This document shows positions 1 to 9,500 of a DNA stretch of 64,000 nucleotides, piece after piece; position 1 is the stretch's first letter; every line of letters starts with the position of its first letter. The position numbers and the translations under genes were made by a program. This DNA is from Candidatus Doudnabacteria bacterium (GTDB taxonomy: Bacteria; Patescibacteriota; JAQUNI01), in assembly GCA_041644975.1 (NCBI GenBank), contig JBAZQX010000003.1:7530-71529 (forward strand), written 5' to 3'. The notes under the pieces are model-generated. The model was not told where the DNA came from. It saw only the letters and a program-made list of their open reading frames with translations, and ran no database searches.

Positions 1-543
1 GGCGACGCGGTCTTGGAACTCATAGTGACGGAAAATCTTTTTAATCATTACAATAACCCTGAAGGAGAAATGACCAATTGGCGCTCCAGCCTGGTCAACA
101 GCAAAATATTGGCCATTGTCGCCCACGACCTCGGCGTGGAAGATTTTCTCTATTTGTCTAAAGGCGAGGCGCGCGACACAGGCAAAGCGCGGGAATATAT
201 TTTAGGCAATGCCTTTGAATCCATTACCGGCGCGATTTATTTGGACCAAGGCTATGCTGTCACGAGGAGATTTATAAAAAACAAACTGCTGACGCACCTG
301 CCTAAAATTCTGGCCGAGAAATTATATATTGATCCCAAGTCGCATTTTCAAGAGCTTACTCAAGAAAAAGAAGGCGTTACTCCTGAATACAAAGTTTTAG
401 AAGAGAGGGGTCCGGATCACGCGAAACACTTTGAGGTGGGGGTTTATGTGGGAAAAATGATGATTGGCAAGGGTAAAGGCACTTCTAAACAATTGGCGCA
501 GGTGGAGGCGGCGAAAGACGCGCTGGAAAGATATAAAAAATAG
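1..543 (+). CDS. rnc: Ribonuclease III, 5'-truncated by the window edge; the frame-1 translation begins GDAVLELIVTENLF, which is the RNase III signature, and a C-terminal dsRBD follows
   Basis: Frame 1 is open from nt 1. It shows the RNase III signature motif (..LGDAVLEL..) and a dsRBD-like C-terminus (KGKGTSKQLAQVEAAKDAL). Confidence 0.85.
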   Translation, partial: GDAVLELIVTENLFNHYNNPEGEMTNWRSSLVNSKILAIVAHDLGVEDFLYLSKGEARDTGKAREYILGNAFESITGAIYLDQGYAVTRRFIKNKLLTHLPKILAEKLYIDPKSHFQELTQEKEGVTPEYKVLEERGPDHAKHFEVGVYVGKMMIGKGKGTSKQLAQVEAAKDALERYKK

Positions 544-649
544 AAATTAAAATTATTCTAATTATTCTTGATTTGGAAGTCGCGCGAAATTTTGAGGTCG
601 CGCCTGCCGGCAGGCAGGCGAAAGCTTGACACGAGTGATTGTCCGCCTA

Positions 650-689
650 AGGTCGTTCAGACTCTGATGAGTCTTCAGACTCGAAGAGC
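650..689. repeat. Conserved 40-nt motif aggtcgttcagactctgatgagtcttcagactcgaagagc with a hammerhead-like CUGAUGAG...CGAAG core; copy 1 of 2 (copy 2 at 56857-56896). It lies inside a larger GC-rich structured element at about 590-720 that is related to the 23283-23450 element
   Basis: Exact 40-nt identity between the two copies, with internal hairpins (GUC-UUCA-GAC, CUC-GAA-GAG). The sequence is not a canonical hammerhead, because two extra nt separate stem II from a GAAG rather than GAAA. Confidence 0.5.
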
Positions 690-806
690 GGACCTCCAAA
701 GCGCGAAACGGTCAATTAAAATAATTTTTAGAAATGAAAGGCACGGTGAATACCGTGGCCTAAATTCCTAAAATCATTTTAGTATTTTAAGCCATCATTA
801 AAAACT

Positions 807-1739
807 TTGTGGGATAGAAAACTGATAATCAAAACAATAATATTAGGCGTGTTTTCCATCGCCATTTTTTTACCTTCCTTTTTTTCTCGCGCCCAAAGTC
901 CCGCTCCCGAACGAACAATTACAATCATTGACAACGGCCTTTATTTCCAGATTAAAACCGAGAAAAATTTAGTTTCGGAAATCCTGGTTGATTTAGGTCT
1001 GTCCTTAAACCCCGAGGATAGAATTTATCCCAGCCTAAACGAAGAAGCCCTCTGGCGCATTATCATTGAAAGGGCAACCTCAATCACGATCCTTGCTGAC
1101 GGAAAGGCAAAATCTCTTGTTACCTTTGCTAAAACCGCGGGGGCGGCATTAGAAGAAGCCCAAATCACCTTGAATCCTGACGATGAAGTGAACTATGCCA
1201 CGGACGCGTCCCTTTTTTCCAATATGGAGATTATAGTGACCAGAATCAAACTTGGCGCTGTCACCAAAGATATATCCATACCCTTCCAAACTGTGAATAA
1301 AAAAGACGACACACTGCTCTGGGGAAAATTCAAAATCGCCCAGGAAGGCAAGATGGGGCTCAAAGAACAGGTTTATAAAGTAATCTATAAAAACGGCGAA
1401 GAAGCAAAACGGATTTTAGAAAAAGAAACTATTTTACAAAAACCTCAAGATAAGATTATCCTGGAAGGAACAAAAATAGTGGTGGGGGAGGCGAGTTACG
1501 GCATCGCCAGTTTCTACCGCTATGGCGATAAATTGACTTGCGCGTCCACGCGTTTTCCATTGGGAACACCTCTGCGGGTCACGAACACGGCAAACGGCCA
1601 AGCGGTAATTGTGACCGTGAATGATTATGGCCCTTTTGTGCTGGGACGGATTGTGGATTTAAACATACCGGCATTTGAGAAAATCGCCCCCTTGGGAACA
1701 GGGCTGGCGAGAGTGAAGGTGGAGGAAATCATAGATTAA
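807..1739 (+). CDS. Membrane-anchored cell-wall protein with DUF348/G5-like repeats and a C-terminal RlpA-like double-psi beta-barrel (3D) domain
   Basis: N-terminal TM helix. The C-terminus (ASFYRYGDKLTCASTRFPLGTPLRVTNTANGQAVIVTVNDYGPFVLGRIVDLN) matches the RlpA/3D DPBB consensus, and the middle region resembles the YabE-like DUF348/G5 architecture. Confidence 0.7.
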   Translation: MWDRKLIIKTIILGVFSIAIFLPSFFSRAQSPAPERTITIIDNGLYFQIKTEKNLVSEILVDLGLSLNPEDRIYPSLNEEALWRIIIERATSITILADGKAKSLVTFAKTAGAALEEAQITLNPDDEVNYATDASLFSNMEIIVTRIKLGAVTKDISIPFQTVNKKDDTLLWGKFKIAQEGKMGLKEQVYKVIYKNGEEAKRILEKETILQKPQDKIILEGTKIVVGEASYGIASFYRYGDKLTCASTRFPLGTPLRVTNTANGQAVIVTVNDYGPFVLGRIVDLNIPAFEKIAPLGTGLARVKVEEIID

Positions 1740-1777
1740 ATCCTAAATTCTAAATCTCAAATCCTAAATAATATCCA

Positions 1778-2143
1778 ATGACCAAAATTCAAAATCCAAA
1801 ACGATATGACCTTGAAGAACGAACTTTCCTATTTGCAAAAAGATGCAGGGATTTTGTGCGGGGATTGCCTAGAACTATTTCAAACATTGAATATGGGAAG
1901 CAACTCATCAGATCATCAGGCTCTCAAGCTAGTAATTATATTGAAGCGAATGAAGCGTTAAGTAAAAAAGATTTTGCCCACAGAATAAAAATTTGTCGCA
2001 AAGAAGCTAAAGAAAGCTGCTTATGGATAAAATTATGTTCTACGGGCAATAACCAACATCTATTAAACGAGCAAGGGATACTTATTCAAGAATCAATGGA
2101 ACTAACAAAAATATTTGCATCAATTTTAGGAAAAAGTATCTGA
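1778..2143 (+). CDS. Four-helix-bundle protein (23S rRNA intervening-sequence protein family, TIGR02436-like)
   Basis: The YDLEERTF...RSSGSQASNYIEANEA...ESMELTKIFASILGK pattern is typical of the family, as is the size of about 120 aa. Confidence 0.75.
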   Translation: MTKIQNPKRYDLEERTFLFAKRCRDFVRGLPRTISNIEYGKQLIRSSGSQASNYIEANEALSKKDFAHRIKICRKEAKESCLWIKLCSTGNNQHLLNEQGILIQESMELTKIFASILGKSI

Positions 2144-2343
2144 CTTTTTAAACTCTCAATTTAAAGCACCAAACCCTAAATAAACTCAAAGTCCCAATTT
2201 AAAAATTCCAAACCTTATAAATTGTTAATATTGCATTTATGTTTTGAATTTAGAATTTTGAACATTAATATTTATTTAGGATTTAGAATTTGGAATTTAG
2301 TTAGTCAGGATCTGAAATTTTTATAATTTTTTCTTCCAGCCAC

Positions 2344-4950
2344 ATGATTCTTAGCAAAATCACCATCAGCGGTTTCAAATCTTTCGCTCATCGCACCAGC
2401 CTTTCTTTTGACCGCGGAATTACCGCCATTGTCGGACCAAACGGGTCAGGGAAATCCAATATTGTAGACGCTATCCGCTGGGTTTTGGGCGAACAGTCTA
2501 AAAAATCATTGCGCGGGAAAAAGGGCGATGATATTATTTTCGCCGGCTCAAGGACTAAAACTCCTTTGGGATTAGCCCAAGTAGCTTTAACCCTGGAAAA
2601 CACGACCCAAAAAATTCCCGTCAGCTCCGGAAAAGGGGAGGCGGTAAACCCCCCCACCCAAAATGCCACGGGCGTAAATTCTTGGACGAATGGTGCCGTT
2701 GGAACTTATAAAGCGAGAAGCAGACATTGCCATACCCTTTTGGGTGGGGGGGTGAACTTTTCCGAAATCACAATCAAAAGAAAATTCTATCGTAATGGCG
2801 AGGGAGAATATTTATTAAATAATAGCTCTGTGCGCTTAAAAGATATTGAAGAACTCTTAGCGCAGAGCAACATTAGCCAAAAAGGATATATTATCAGCCA
2901 AGGAATGATTGATCGCATAGTGATCTTGAGTCCCCAAGAAAAAAGAGAGCTTTTGGAGGAAGTTTCAGGAATTAAACCCTTAGAACTCAAAAGAATTGAG
3001 GCCCAGAAAAAGCTTGAGACAACGCGAGATAACCTTGTCCGCGTTCGCGCCCTTGTGGCGGAAATTGAGCCGCACTTGAAAAGGCTTGCCAAACAAGCGC
3101 GAGAGGCCAGAAATAAAGAAAAGATTACCCAAAAACTCCAGGAATTACAAAAAATCTGGTACACCAAAATCCGACAAAACCAAGAAAAGGCGCGCCAAAA
3201 AATAAGCAGAGAGAGGACAGAAATAGAGGAAATAATCAAAAATCTTGAAACCCAAATCCAAAATTTGCAAAAAATGGTGTCTATAATGGAGGTAAAACAA
3301 AAAAAAGACCAAGAAAACTGGCACCTCTGTTATCAAAACCAAGCGAAACTGGGGAAGCAAAAAAGCGTCCTAGCCGAAGAGCTTGCCACTCTCCGCGGCA
3401 CCCTAGTTGCCGAAAAACTCCGCCCGCGCGAGCAGCAGCAGGAAATTAACCGCGCGCATCTGGAAATTCAAAGAATTGACGCTGAAATTATCTCCTCCCA
3501 GAAACAAAACGCGATCCTCCAGAACAACCTAGAAAAAACCAAAAAAGAAATTGAAAAGCTGGAAAGGGAGGGGGAAAAATTAGAAGCCGAAGGAGTGGCG
3601 CGGCCGAACCCAACCACATTGCAAACCGCCTTGGAGGATTTACAAAATAGACAAAATATCTTTCTGGACAACTTTAAACATGGTCTTGATATTGCCTCTC
3701 TGAAATCCCAAGCGCAAGAAATTTTAAGGCTCATTCAACACTTAACAGAATGGCTGAAAACCGCGGCAACACTGCCTAAAGAACAAAACGGGAACCCAGC
3801 CTCTCGCGAGGGGCTGGGGAAGCGAAAATTAGAAATGTTAATGGAAAATAAAGGCAAGAAAGAAGAGCAAGCTCATTCCCTCCTTTTAAAATCGCGCACG
3901 GAAGAAGAAAAAATTCTTTTTTTGAACTTCCAAAAAAAGAGTTGGGAGGGAAAAATCAATCTCGGACGTAAACAGCCCGCCGCAGACGCTCAAAATACTG
4001 CCAAGCTCCAGCAAAAAATCACTCTACTTGGCAAAGAAATGCAAAAGAAGGAAGAAGAGACGCAAATTTTGGAAGAAAAAATCGCCCAACTTCTCAAATT
4101 GGATACAACGCGCAAAAACAAACTCTTTGCGCTGGAGCGCGAATCGCGCGAGAAACAAGACGCGATGGGGAAGCTCGGCCAAGAAAAAGCCCGCGTGGAG
4201 TTAGAAGAAGCGAAACTCAACTTGGAAAAACAGGGGCTTAATCGCGAAATTAAAAAAGAGTTAGAGGACAAGTGGGGTCGTATTGACATCGTCTCTAAAA
4301 AAGAATCTCCGCCTAATCTGGATTATGAACTCCAAATTAACAAACTGAAGAAGAAAATGCTCTCGGCAGGCAGTATTGACCCTGAAATCATTACTGAATA
4401 TGAACAAACACGCAGCCGGTGCGATTTCTTAAGCCAGCAAGCGGAAGACTTGGAAAAAGCCTCTTCAGGCTTAGATAAGCTCATTCATCGCCTAAGCCGC
4501 ATCATTCAAAAAAAATTCAGCATCGCTTTTAAAACCATCAACCTTGCTTTCAAAAAATATTTCAGGATGATTTTCGGCCGCGGCGGAAAAGCAAGCCTTA
4601 AAGCGGATGAGGAAGGAGGAATTGTAATTGAGGCTTGTCCGCCGGGAAAAAAATTAAAAAGCCTCTCCGTCCTTTCGGGTGGAGAAAAGGCTTTGGCTGG
4701 CTTGGCTTTAATTTTTGGGATTATTGAGCTCTCCAGACCCCCTTTCTGCATTTTAGATGAGGTGGACGCGGCGTTAGACGAAATAAATTCTCACCGCTTT
4801 GCCCGCATTTTAAAGATATTAGCCCGAGGAAGTCAATTTATCTGCGTCACCCATAACCGCGCGACAATGAAAGTGGCAAAGGCGCTGTATGGAGTGACGA
4901 TGAATGAAGAGGGGGTGTCAAGGTTGCTGTCTATGAAATTGGAGAAATAG
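2344..4950 (+). CDS. smc: Chromosome segregation protein SMC, carrying an in-frame insertion of about 40 aa from a palindromic GC-rich element at about nt 2640-2760
   Basis: N-terminal Walker A (GPNGSGKSNIVDAIRWVLGEQS), long coiled coils, and a C-terminal signature motif (LSGGEKALAGLAL) with Walker B (ILDEVDAALD). Confidence 0.9.
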   Translation: MILSKITISGFKSFAHRTSLSFDRGITAIVGPNGSGKSNIVDAIRWVLGEQSKKSLRGKKGDDIIFAGSRTKTPLGLAQVALTLENTTQKIPVSSGKGEAVNPPTQNATGVNSWTNGAVGTYKARSRHCHTLLGGGVNFSEITIKRKFYRNGEGEYLLNNSSVRLKDIEELLAQSNISQKGYIISQGMIDRIVILSPQEKRELLEEVSGIKPLELKRIEAQKKLETTRDNLVRVRALVAEIEPHLKRLAKQAREARNKEKITQKLQELQKIWYTKIRQNQEKARQKISRERTEIEEIIKNLETQIQNLQKMVSIMEVKQKKDQENWHLCYQNQAKLGKQKSVLAEELATLRGTLVAEKLRPREQQQEINRAHLEIQRIDAEIISSQKQNAILQNNLEKTKKEIEKLEREGEKLEAEGVARPNPTTLQTALEDLQNRQNIFLDNFKHGLDIASLKSQAQEILRLIQHLTEWLKTAATLPKEQNGNPASREGLGKRKLEMLMENKGKKEEQAHSLLLKSRTEEEKILFLNFQKKSWEGKINLGRKQPAADAQNTAKLQQKITLLGKEMQKKEEETQILEEKIAQLLKLDTTRKNKLFALERESREKQDAMGKLGQEKARVELEEAKLNLEKQGLNREIKKELEDKWGRIDIVSKKESPPNLDYELQINKLKKKMLSAGSIDPEIITEYEQTRSRCDFLSQQAEDLEKASSGLDKLIHRLSRIIQKKFSIAFKTINLAFKKYFRMIFGRGGKASLKADEEGGIVIEACPPGKKLKSLSVLSGGEKALAGLALIFGIIELSRPPFCILDEVDAALDEINSHRFARILKILARGSQFICVTHNRATMKVAKALYGVTMNEEGVSRLLSMKLEK
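2641..2762. repeat. MITE-like palindromic insertion inside smc, with inverted termini (aaacccccccacccaaaa / ttttgggtgggggggtg), kept in frame
   Basis: Inverted repeats of about 17-18 bp flank roughly 75 nt. The encoded segment (SSGKGEAVNPPTQNATGVNSWTNGAVGTYKARSRHCHTLLGGGV) lies where canonical SMC heads have no insert, between the LTLEN and EITIKR..GEGEYLLN motifs. Confidence 0.6.
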
Positions 4951-5100
4951 AAATAAAATTTCTAATTGTTCTAATTGTTCTAATTATTCTAAATAATGAC
5001 CAAATCCCAATAACCAATACCCAAAAGATTATTTGGGATTTAGACATTGGGGATTGGGATTTAGTTAGGTCAATTAGGTTAATTAGAATAATTAGAATAA
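4951..5100. repeat. AT-rich intergenic inverted repeat built from taattagaataatt-type words; a related copy lies at 27190-27400
   Basis: ctaattgttctaattattctaaataa ... ttaggtcaattaggttaattagaataattagaataatt. The arms are reverse complements of each other. Confidence 0.6.
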
Positions 5101-5168
5101 TTCCACTTGCTTTTTATATTATCTTGGGCTAAAATAGCACCATATACATTATTAACCATTAAATTCTT

Positions 5169-5822
5169 ATGTTAAGAATTCGTTTAACCCGCCGAGGGAA
5201 AAGGAACCGTCCATTTTTTAGAATTGTCGTTGCCGAAGCGCGAGCGCCAATCAAGGGGCGCTTTATTGAGGTGCTGGGGGGATTGGATCCCCTTGGAAAA
5301 AAAACGAGTCTCAAGGAAGAAAGAATAAAATATTGGCTCTCCTGCGGCGCCAAACCTTCGGATACGGTGCATAATCTTTTAGTGGGTCATAAAATTATTG
5401 CCGGCCCAAAAATTAAAAAGTTCGCCCACAGGAAGAAAAAAGGCGAGGAAGCGAGCAAGGAAGAAGCAAAGAAGGAAGAGGTAAACCCCATTAAAGAACA
5501 AGATTCTCCAACGGTCCACGTTGACGGTGGCGTTAAACCGCCGTCAGCTTTAAGCGATAATGACCACCAGGCGGCTTTCTCTAACGGGGTAAAAGCCGAA
5601 ACCGTAGAGGAAACACAGCAGAAGACCCGAAAAAGCGAAAAACCAGCTGAAGCTGAAAAAGAAAAGCAGGAAGACACGGCAACGCAAAAAGAAACCGCCG
5701 ATAAAGAGGAAAAAGCCGAGCCCGCGCAAAAGGCGCCCGAAGAAGAGCCTAAACCCGAAAAAGCGGAAAGCGCGACGACTTCCAAGGTTGAACCACTGCC
5801 CACAATAGAAACAAAGCCCTAA
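5169..5822 (+). CDS. rpsP: 30S ribosomal protein S16 with a long K/E/A-rich C-terminal extension
   Basis: The N-terminus (MLRIRLTRRGKRNRPFFRIVVAEARAPIKGRFIEVLG...KYWLSCGAKPSDTV) matches S16. Confidence 0.9.
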   Translation: MLRIRLTRRGKRNRPFFRIVVAEARAPIKGRFIEVLGGLDPLGKKTSLKEERIKYWLSCGAKPSDTVHNLLVGHKIIAGPKIKKFAHRKKKGEEASKEEAKKEEVNPIKEQDSPTVHVDGGVKPPSALSDNDHQAAFSNGVKAETVEETQQKTRKSEKPAEAEKEKQEDTATQKETADKEEKAEPAQKAPEEEPKPEKAESATTSKVEPLPTIETKP

Positions 5823-5984
5823 ATCCCGTTCTTCTTTTATCAAAATCTCCGAGAGGGATAACTTCGTCACAGCCAAATAGAGACCAGAGTCGTCTCTATT
5901 TTTGATTTGTTATATTTTCAATTTTTAATTTATCCGCTATAATAAAGAGGTGAAATAAATTATTTGAATTACGAAATTCAATAA

Positions 5985-6165
5985 CCCACCCCCGCCCGCC
6001 TCGCCTGAAGCCACGCCCGCCATGCTAGCCGCAAGGCGTTGCGGGCGGGCGAAGCGATGGCGGGCAGGCCAACCCTCCCTTGTCAGGGAGGGGGCACAAA
6101 TTTCCCCCCTGATAAGGGGGGCAAGGGGGGTTCCACGGTGCAAAGCCGTACATTTCATAATTCAA
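5985..6165. repeat. GC-rich palindromic repeat cluster combining the cgcctgaagc...gcgatggcgggcagg element with the caaatttcccccctgataagggggg...ttccacggtgcaaagccgtacat element (near-identical copy at 20338-20410)
   Basis: Sequence identity with 20338-20410, 21540-21590 and 41205-41245. Multiple perfect hairpins sit in an otherwise AT-rich genome. Confidence 0.7.
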
Positions 6166-6213
6166 AGGAAATTGAAATTTAGAACTTAACTAAACTTAAT
6201 AAAAACAAAAATT

Positions 6214-6537
6214 ATGAACCCTCAAATCTTGGAAAAGGATATTATTGAGCTTTTAGGTCTGGAGAATTTACCCGAAGACAAAAAAGCCGCGCTTCTCGCG
6301 AAAATGGCGGAGACTGTTCTGAACCGCATCAGCCTGCGCATTCTGGATCAGCTCTCTGACGCCGACCAGAAAAGATTCAACACATTGCTGAAGCAAAAGA
6401 CCTCTGACGAAAAAATAGACCAATTCTTGAAAAACAAAATTAAGAATCTGGACGAAATTCGGATGGCGGAAATTTTACGCTTCAAGCAGGAGTTAAACGA
6501 AGACGCAAAATATATCCAACAGAAATTAACCTCATAA
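6214..6537 (+). CDS. Hypothetical small acidic protein
   Basis: Clean ORF with an upstream AT-rich region. No recognisable domain. Confidence 0.5.
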   Translation: MNPQILEKDIIELLGLENLPEDKKAALLAKMAETVLNRISLRILDQLSDADQKRFNTLLKQKTSDEKIDQFLKNKIKNLDEIRMAEILRFKQELNEDAKYIQQKLTS

Positions 6538-6550
6538 AAAACAAAAATAT

Positions 6551-9500
6551 ATGGAGAAAAACACGGAAGGCGAGGGGAAAGAAAAGCCTTTAGAAAAAGA
6601 TAAGAAACGAGAAAAAAGAAGAGAGGTAAAGAATAAACACAAAAACAAATTAGAGCCCTTAGACCCCGACGAGGGGAAAAATATTCCGGAGAAAACTGAA
6701 AAAGAGAAAGGAATTACTCCCGATAAGGTGCGGGTAATTTTAGATAATTTAGGGCGAGAATTGCCTCCAGAAAAAAAGGAAATTACGGTGCGCTTTCATC
6801 CTGATCTCGCGGAAAATAATTTTCCGGATTTAATTGCCAAATTAGAAGCCAAGACGGGTACCAAAATCATTCCTCAATGGGATGATGGGGTGGACATTGA
6901 AAAGGGTTTTGCGATTGTGTCCGAAACAGTCCCTGAAAAGCCGGAAACGCCTTTAGAACCAGCGGAGCTCCTACCCCCTCCTGTCTCCGCCCTTAAGGCA
7001 GAGGGAGAGCCGCTCCCACCCCCTCCAAATACAGAGAAAGAACAAAAGACCCCAGACGGGAATACCCCTGAAAAAAGCGTTAGCGAACCAGAGGAAAAAG
7101 GCGAGGAAAAGCCGCAAGAAGAACCTCCTTCAGAAGAAAACAAACCCAAACCAGAAGAAACCAAGCCTGAACAGAAAATGGCAGAAAAAAGCGTTCCCCG
7201 CGAAGAAGAGAAAAAAGAAACAAAAGAAATCCCACCGCGGATTCAAGAAGTTTTAGACCGCTTAAACGCAGAGCTGGAAAAGCATAGCGATGCCGAAGAA
7301 GTTGATGTTACTTTTAATTATAAACTTGCAGAGAGCCTGCTTACTATCCCAGGCGCGGACTTTAGAAAGCTCCGACCTCAAAGCTACAAAAAAATCCAAA
7401 CAATCAACTATTGGAAAGAAAGAGAGAGCGTTTCTCCTCTTGGTTTTGTAATTGAAGAAATAAAAAAGAGGAAACCCCAAGAAAAAGAAGCAACTCCCGA
7501 AAAAAAACCTAAATCAGAAGAAACCGAGCCCGAACAGAAAGCAGAAGAAAAAAATGTCCCTCCAGAAGGAGAGAAAAAAGAAACAGAAATCCCTCAAAAT
7601 ATGGAGATGCTGATTGCACTCTTAGATTCAAAAATAGCCGAATTTCAAACAGTCCATCCGGAAACCAAAGACATTGACATTCTTTTTAGCGAGGAACTCA
7701 TAAAAAAACTGGGGATAAAATATGGCGATAAAAAACAACAAGCAATCTGGCAAAAGATTGACTCCATCAAAGAGAAAGGATTCAATGTGCTATATTTTGG
7801 AGGAGAGAAGATACCCCCAGAAGAAGCGGTAAGGATTGAGGAGGTTGTTCCGAAAAAAGCAGGGGCAGAGACCAAAACAAAAGAAAAAATAACCCCCGCG
7901 GAAAAAGGCGAGATAAAGGAAGAGCCTTCCCAGGAGAAAACCGCTCCCTCCCCCTCCACCTCCCCCTCGGGCAGGGGGAGTGCCGCTCCCAAAACAGAAA
8001 AACCGCGAGAACCAATAACCGCGGCGCGAGAGACAGAGACCCCAATTGAAATACACCCCTCTCCATCCCGCGTGTCAGAAGAGCGGCTTGCTGAAAAGCG
8101 CCAAGAGTATTTAGAAGCCAAAAGACTGCGCGGTAAATTTATTAGCCGCGGAGAATTTAAAGGCAAAGAGGGAGAAGCGAAACTTGCTCAAATCGGTGAA
8201 GAATATAGCAAAATGCGCGCTGAATATATTCGCGGTAAAGCGACAGAAGTATTGAAAGAACAGAAGCTGCCCGCGACGGAATTGAAAACAAAGATTGTGG
8301 AGAAACTTCTGGAAGAATATAACAAAGAAGAAGGGGAACGGGAAAAATTGATCGAGGGCAGGGAAAAAGGCTTAGGGCAGAGGTTTAAAGAATGGTGGCG
8401 CCGTCATCCTAAAGCGCGAATGCTCGTTGGTTATGGCTTAACCGGCGCTTCGGTAGGGAGTATGCTTTCAGGACAGCTCTGGCTGACTCCTTGGTTTATT
8501 GGCGCCCGAGCCGCTTTTGCCGGAACGGGCGCGGCTCTCGGCACAGAAGGGATGTTATCCCGCTATTCTAAAACCTTAGGCGAAAAAGGGCTTGTGAACG
8601 AACTAGTTAAATTCAGCAAAGAAGAAAAGGCTAAACTCAAAAAAATCAAAGACAAAGGAGAACAGGAAAAAGCGCGCCAAAAAATGATTAACGATAACGT
8701 TGCCAAAGTCTCGCCCGAGAATTTAGCGCGCGAAATGGCGCGCGTCAAAACCCTGCAAGAGAAAAAAGGGGTGAAACTAGAAAATATAGGACCATATGGC
8801 GCGGTGCTTTTGGCTTTAAGAGCGCGGGAACAAGAACTTTTAAAAAAACGGATGACGGAGGCAATGGAAAAAGGAGAAAAAACTAAAGAAGATTTACTTT
8901 TTGAAGCTATAAACTCCGGCTTGGAAAAAGAGGCAAGAGAAATGGACAAAAATGTGGAAGGGGCGGGAGAGGCGGAAAGAAAAAAGGCAATCAAAAGATG
9001 GGTCTTCAGCAGTAGCGCTGGAGCAATCACAGCCGGACTCACCGCTTGGTGGGGATTCTCTAGGCTCGGAGAAATTTCAGGCAAGGGAAAAATAGCAGGG
9101 GGCGCGGCTCACGCAAAAACGGCTCTGGGTCTGCCAGCGCCAGAAGGGTTGGCAACGGATTTTGAGGTCATTGCCGGCAAAGGCGACTCGGTCTGGAAAA
9201 TGGCAAAACGCGCTTTGGCGGAAAAATATGGCAGCCGCTTTACCAATCTTGATGAAGCGCGCCGCACTTATGTCATTGACGCGATAAAAGATAAAATCGC
9301 GAAAAACCCCGCTCGTTTTGGTCTAACTGATATAGACAAGGTAAAGATTGGTCAGAAAATAGATTTTGGCGGATTAATAAAAAACAACAGTATAATGGAA
9401 GGGATCTTTGGCAAGGCGGGACGGCTAACAGGAGAACAAGTGGAAAATATTTTGAATAATAATGAGACAGTGCAAGAATTCCACCGTCTCCATCCCGGAA

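Noticed and set aside
650-689. Canonical hammerhead ribozyme call for the CUGAUGAG...CGAAG motif
   Set aside because: Two extra nucleotides separate stem II from the GAA box, and the box reads GAAG rather than GAAA. Stems I and III cannot be drawn convincingly by hand, so the motif is reported only as hammerhead-like.
2388-4751. Antisense ORFs inside smc (2388-2669, 2787-3239, 3145-3360, 3468-3734, 3990-4289, 4506-4751). Similar antisense ORFs occur inside the large E/K-rich gene and inside pnp
   Set aside because: They are embedded antisense to well-supported long genes, and their low-complexity translations are typical of coiled-coil-encoding DNA.
5937-6158. Short ORFs lying in GC-rich repeat clusters: 5937-6158, 12811-13126 group, 18114-18434, 20173-20400, 21198-21602 and 23271-23564
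   Set aside because: They are composed of palindromic repeat sequence with GC-skewed low-complexity translations (poly-G/P/R). They are not conserved between copies at the protein level.
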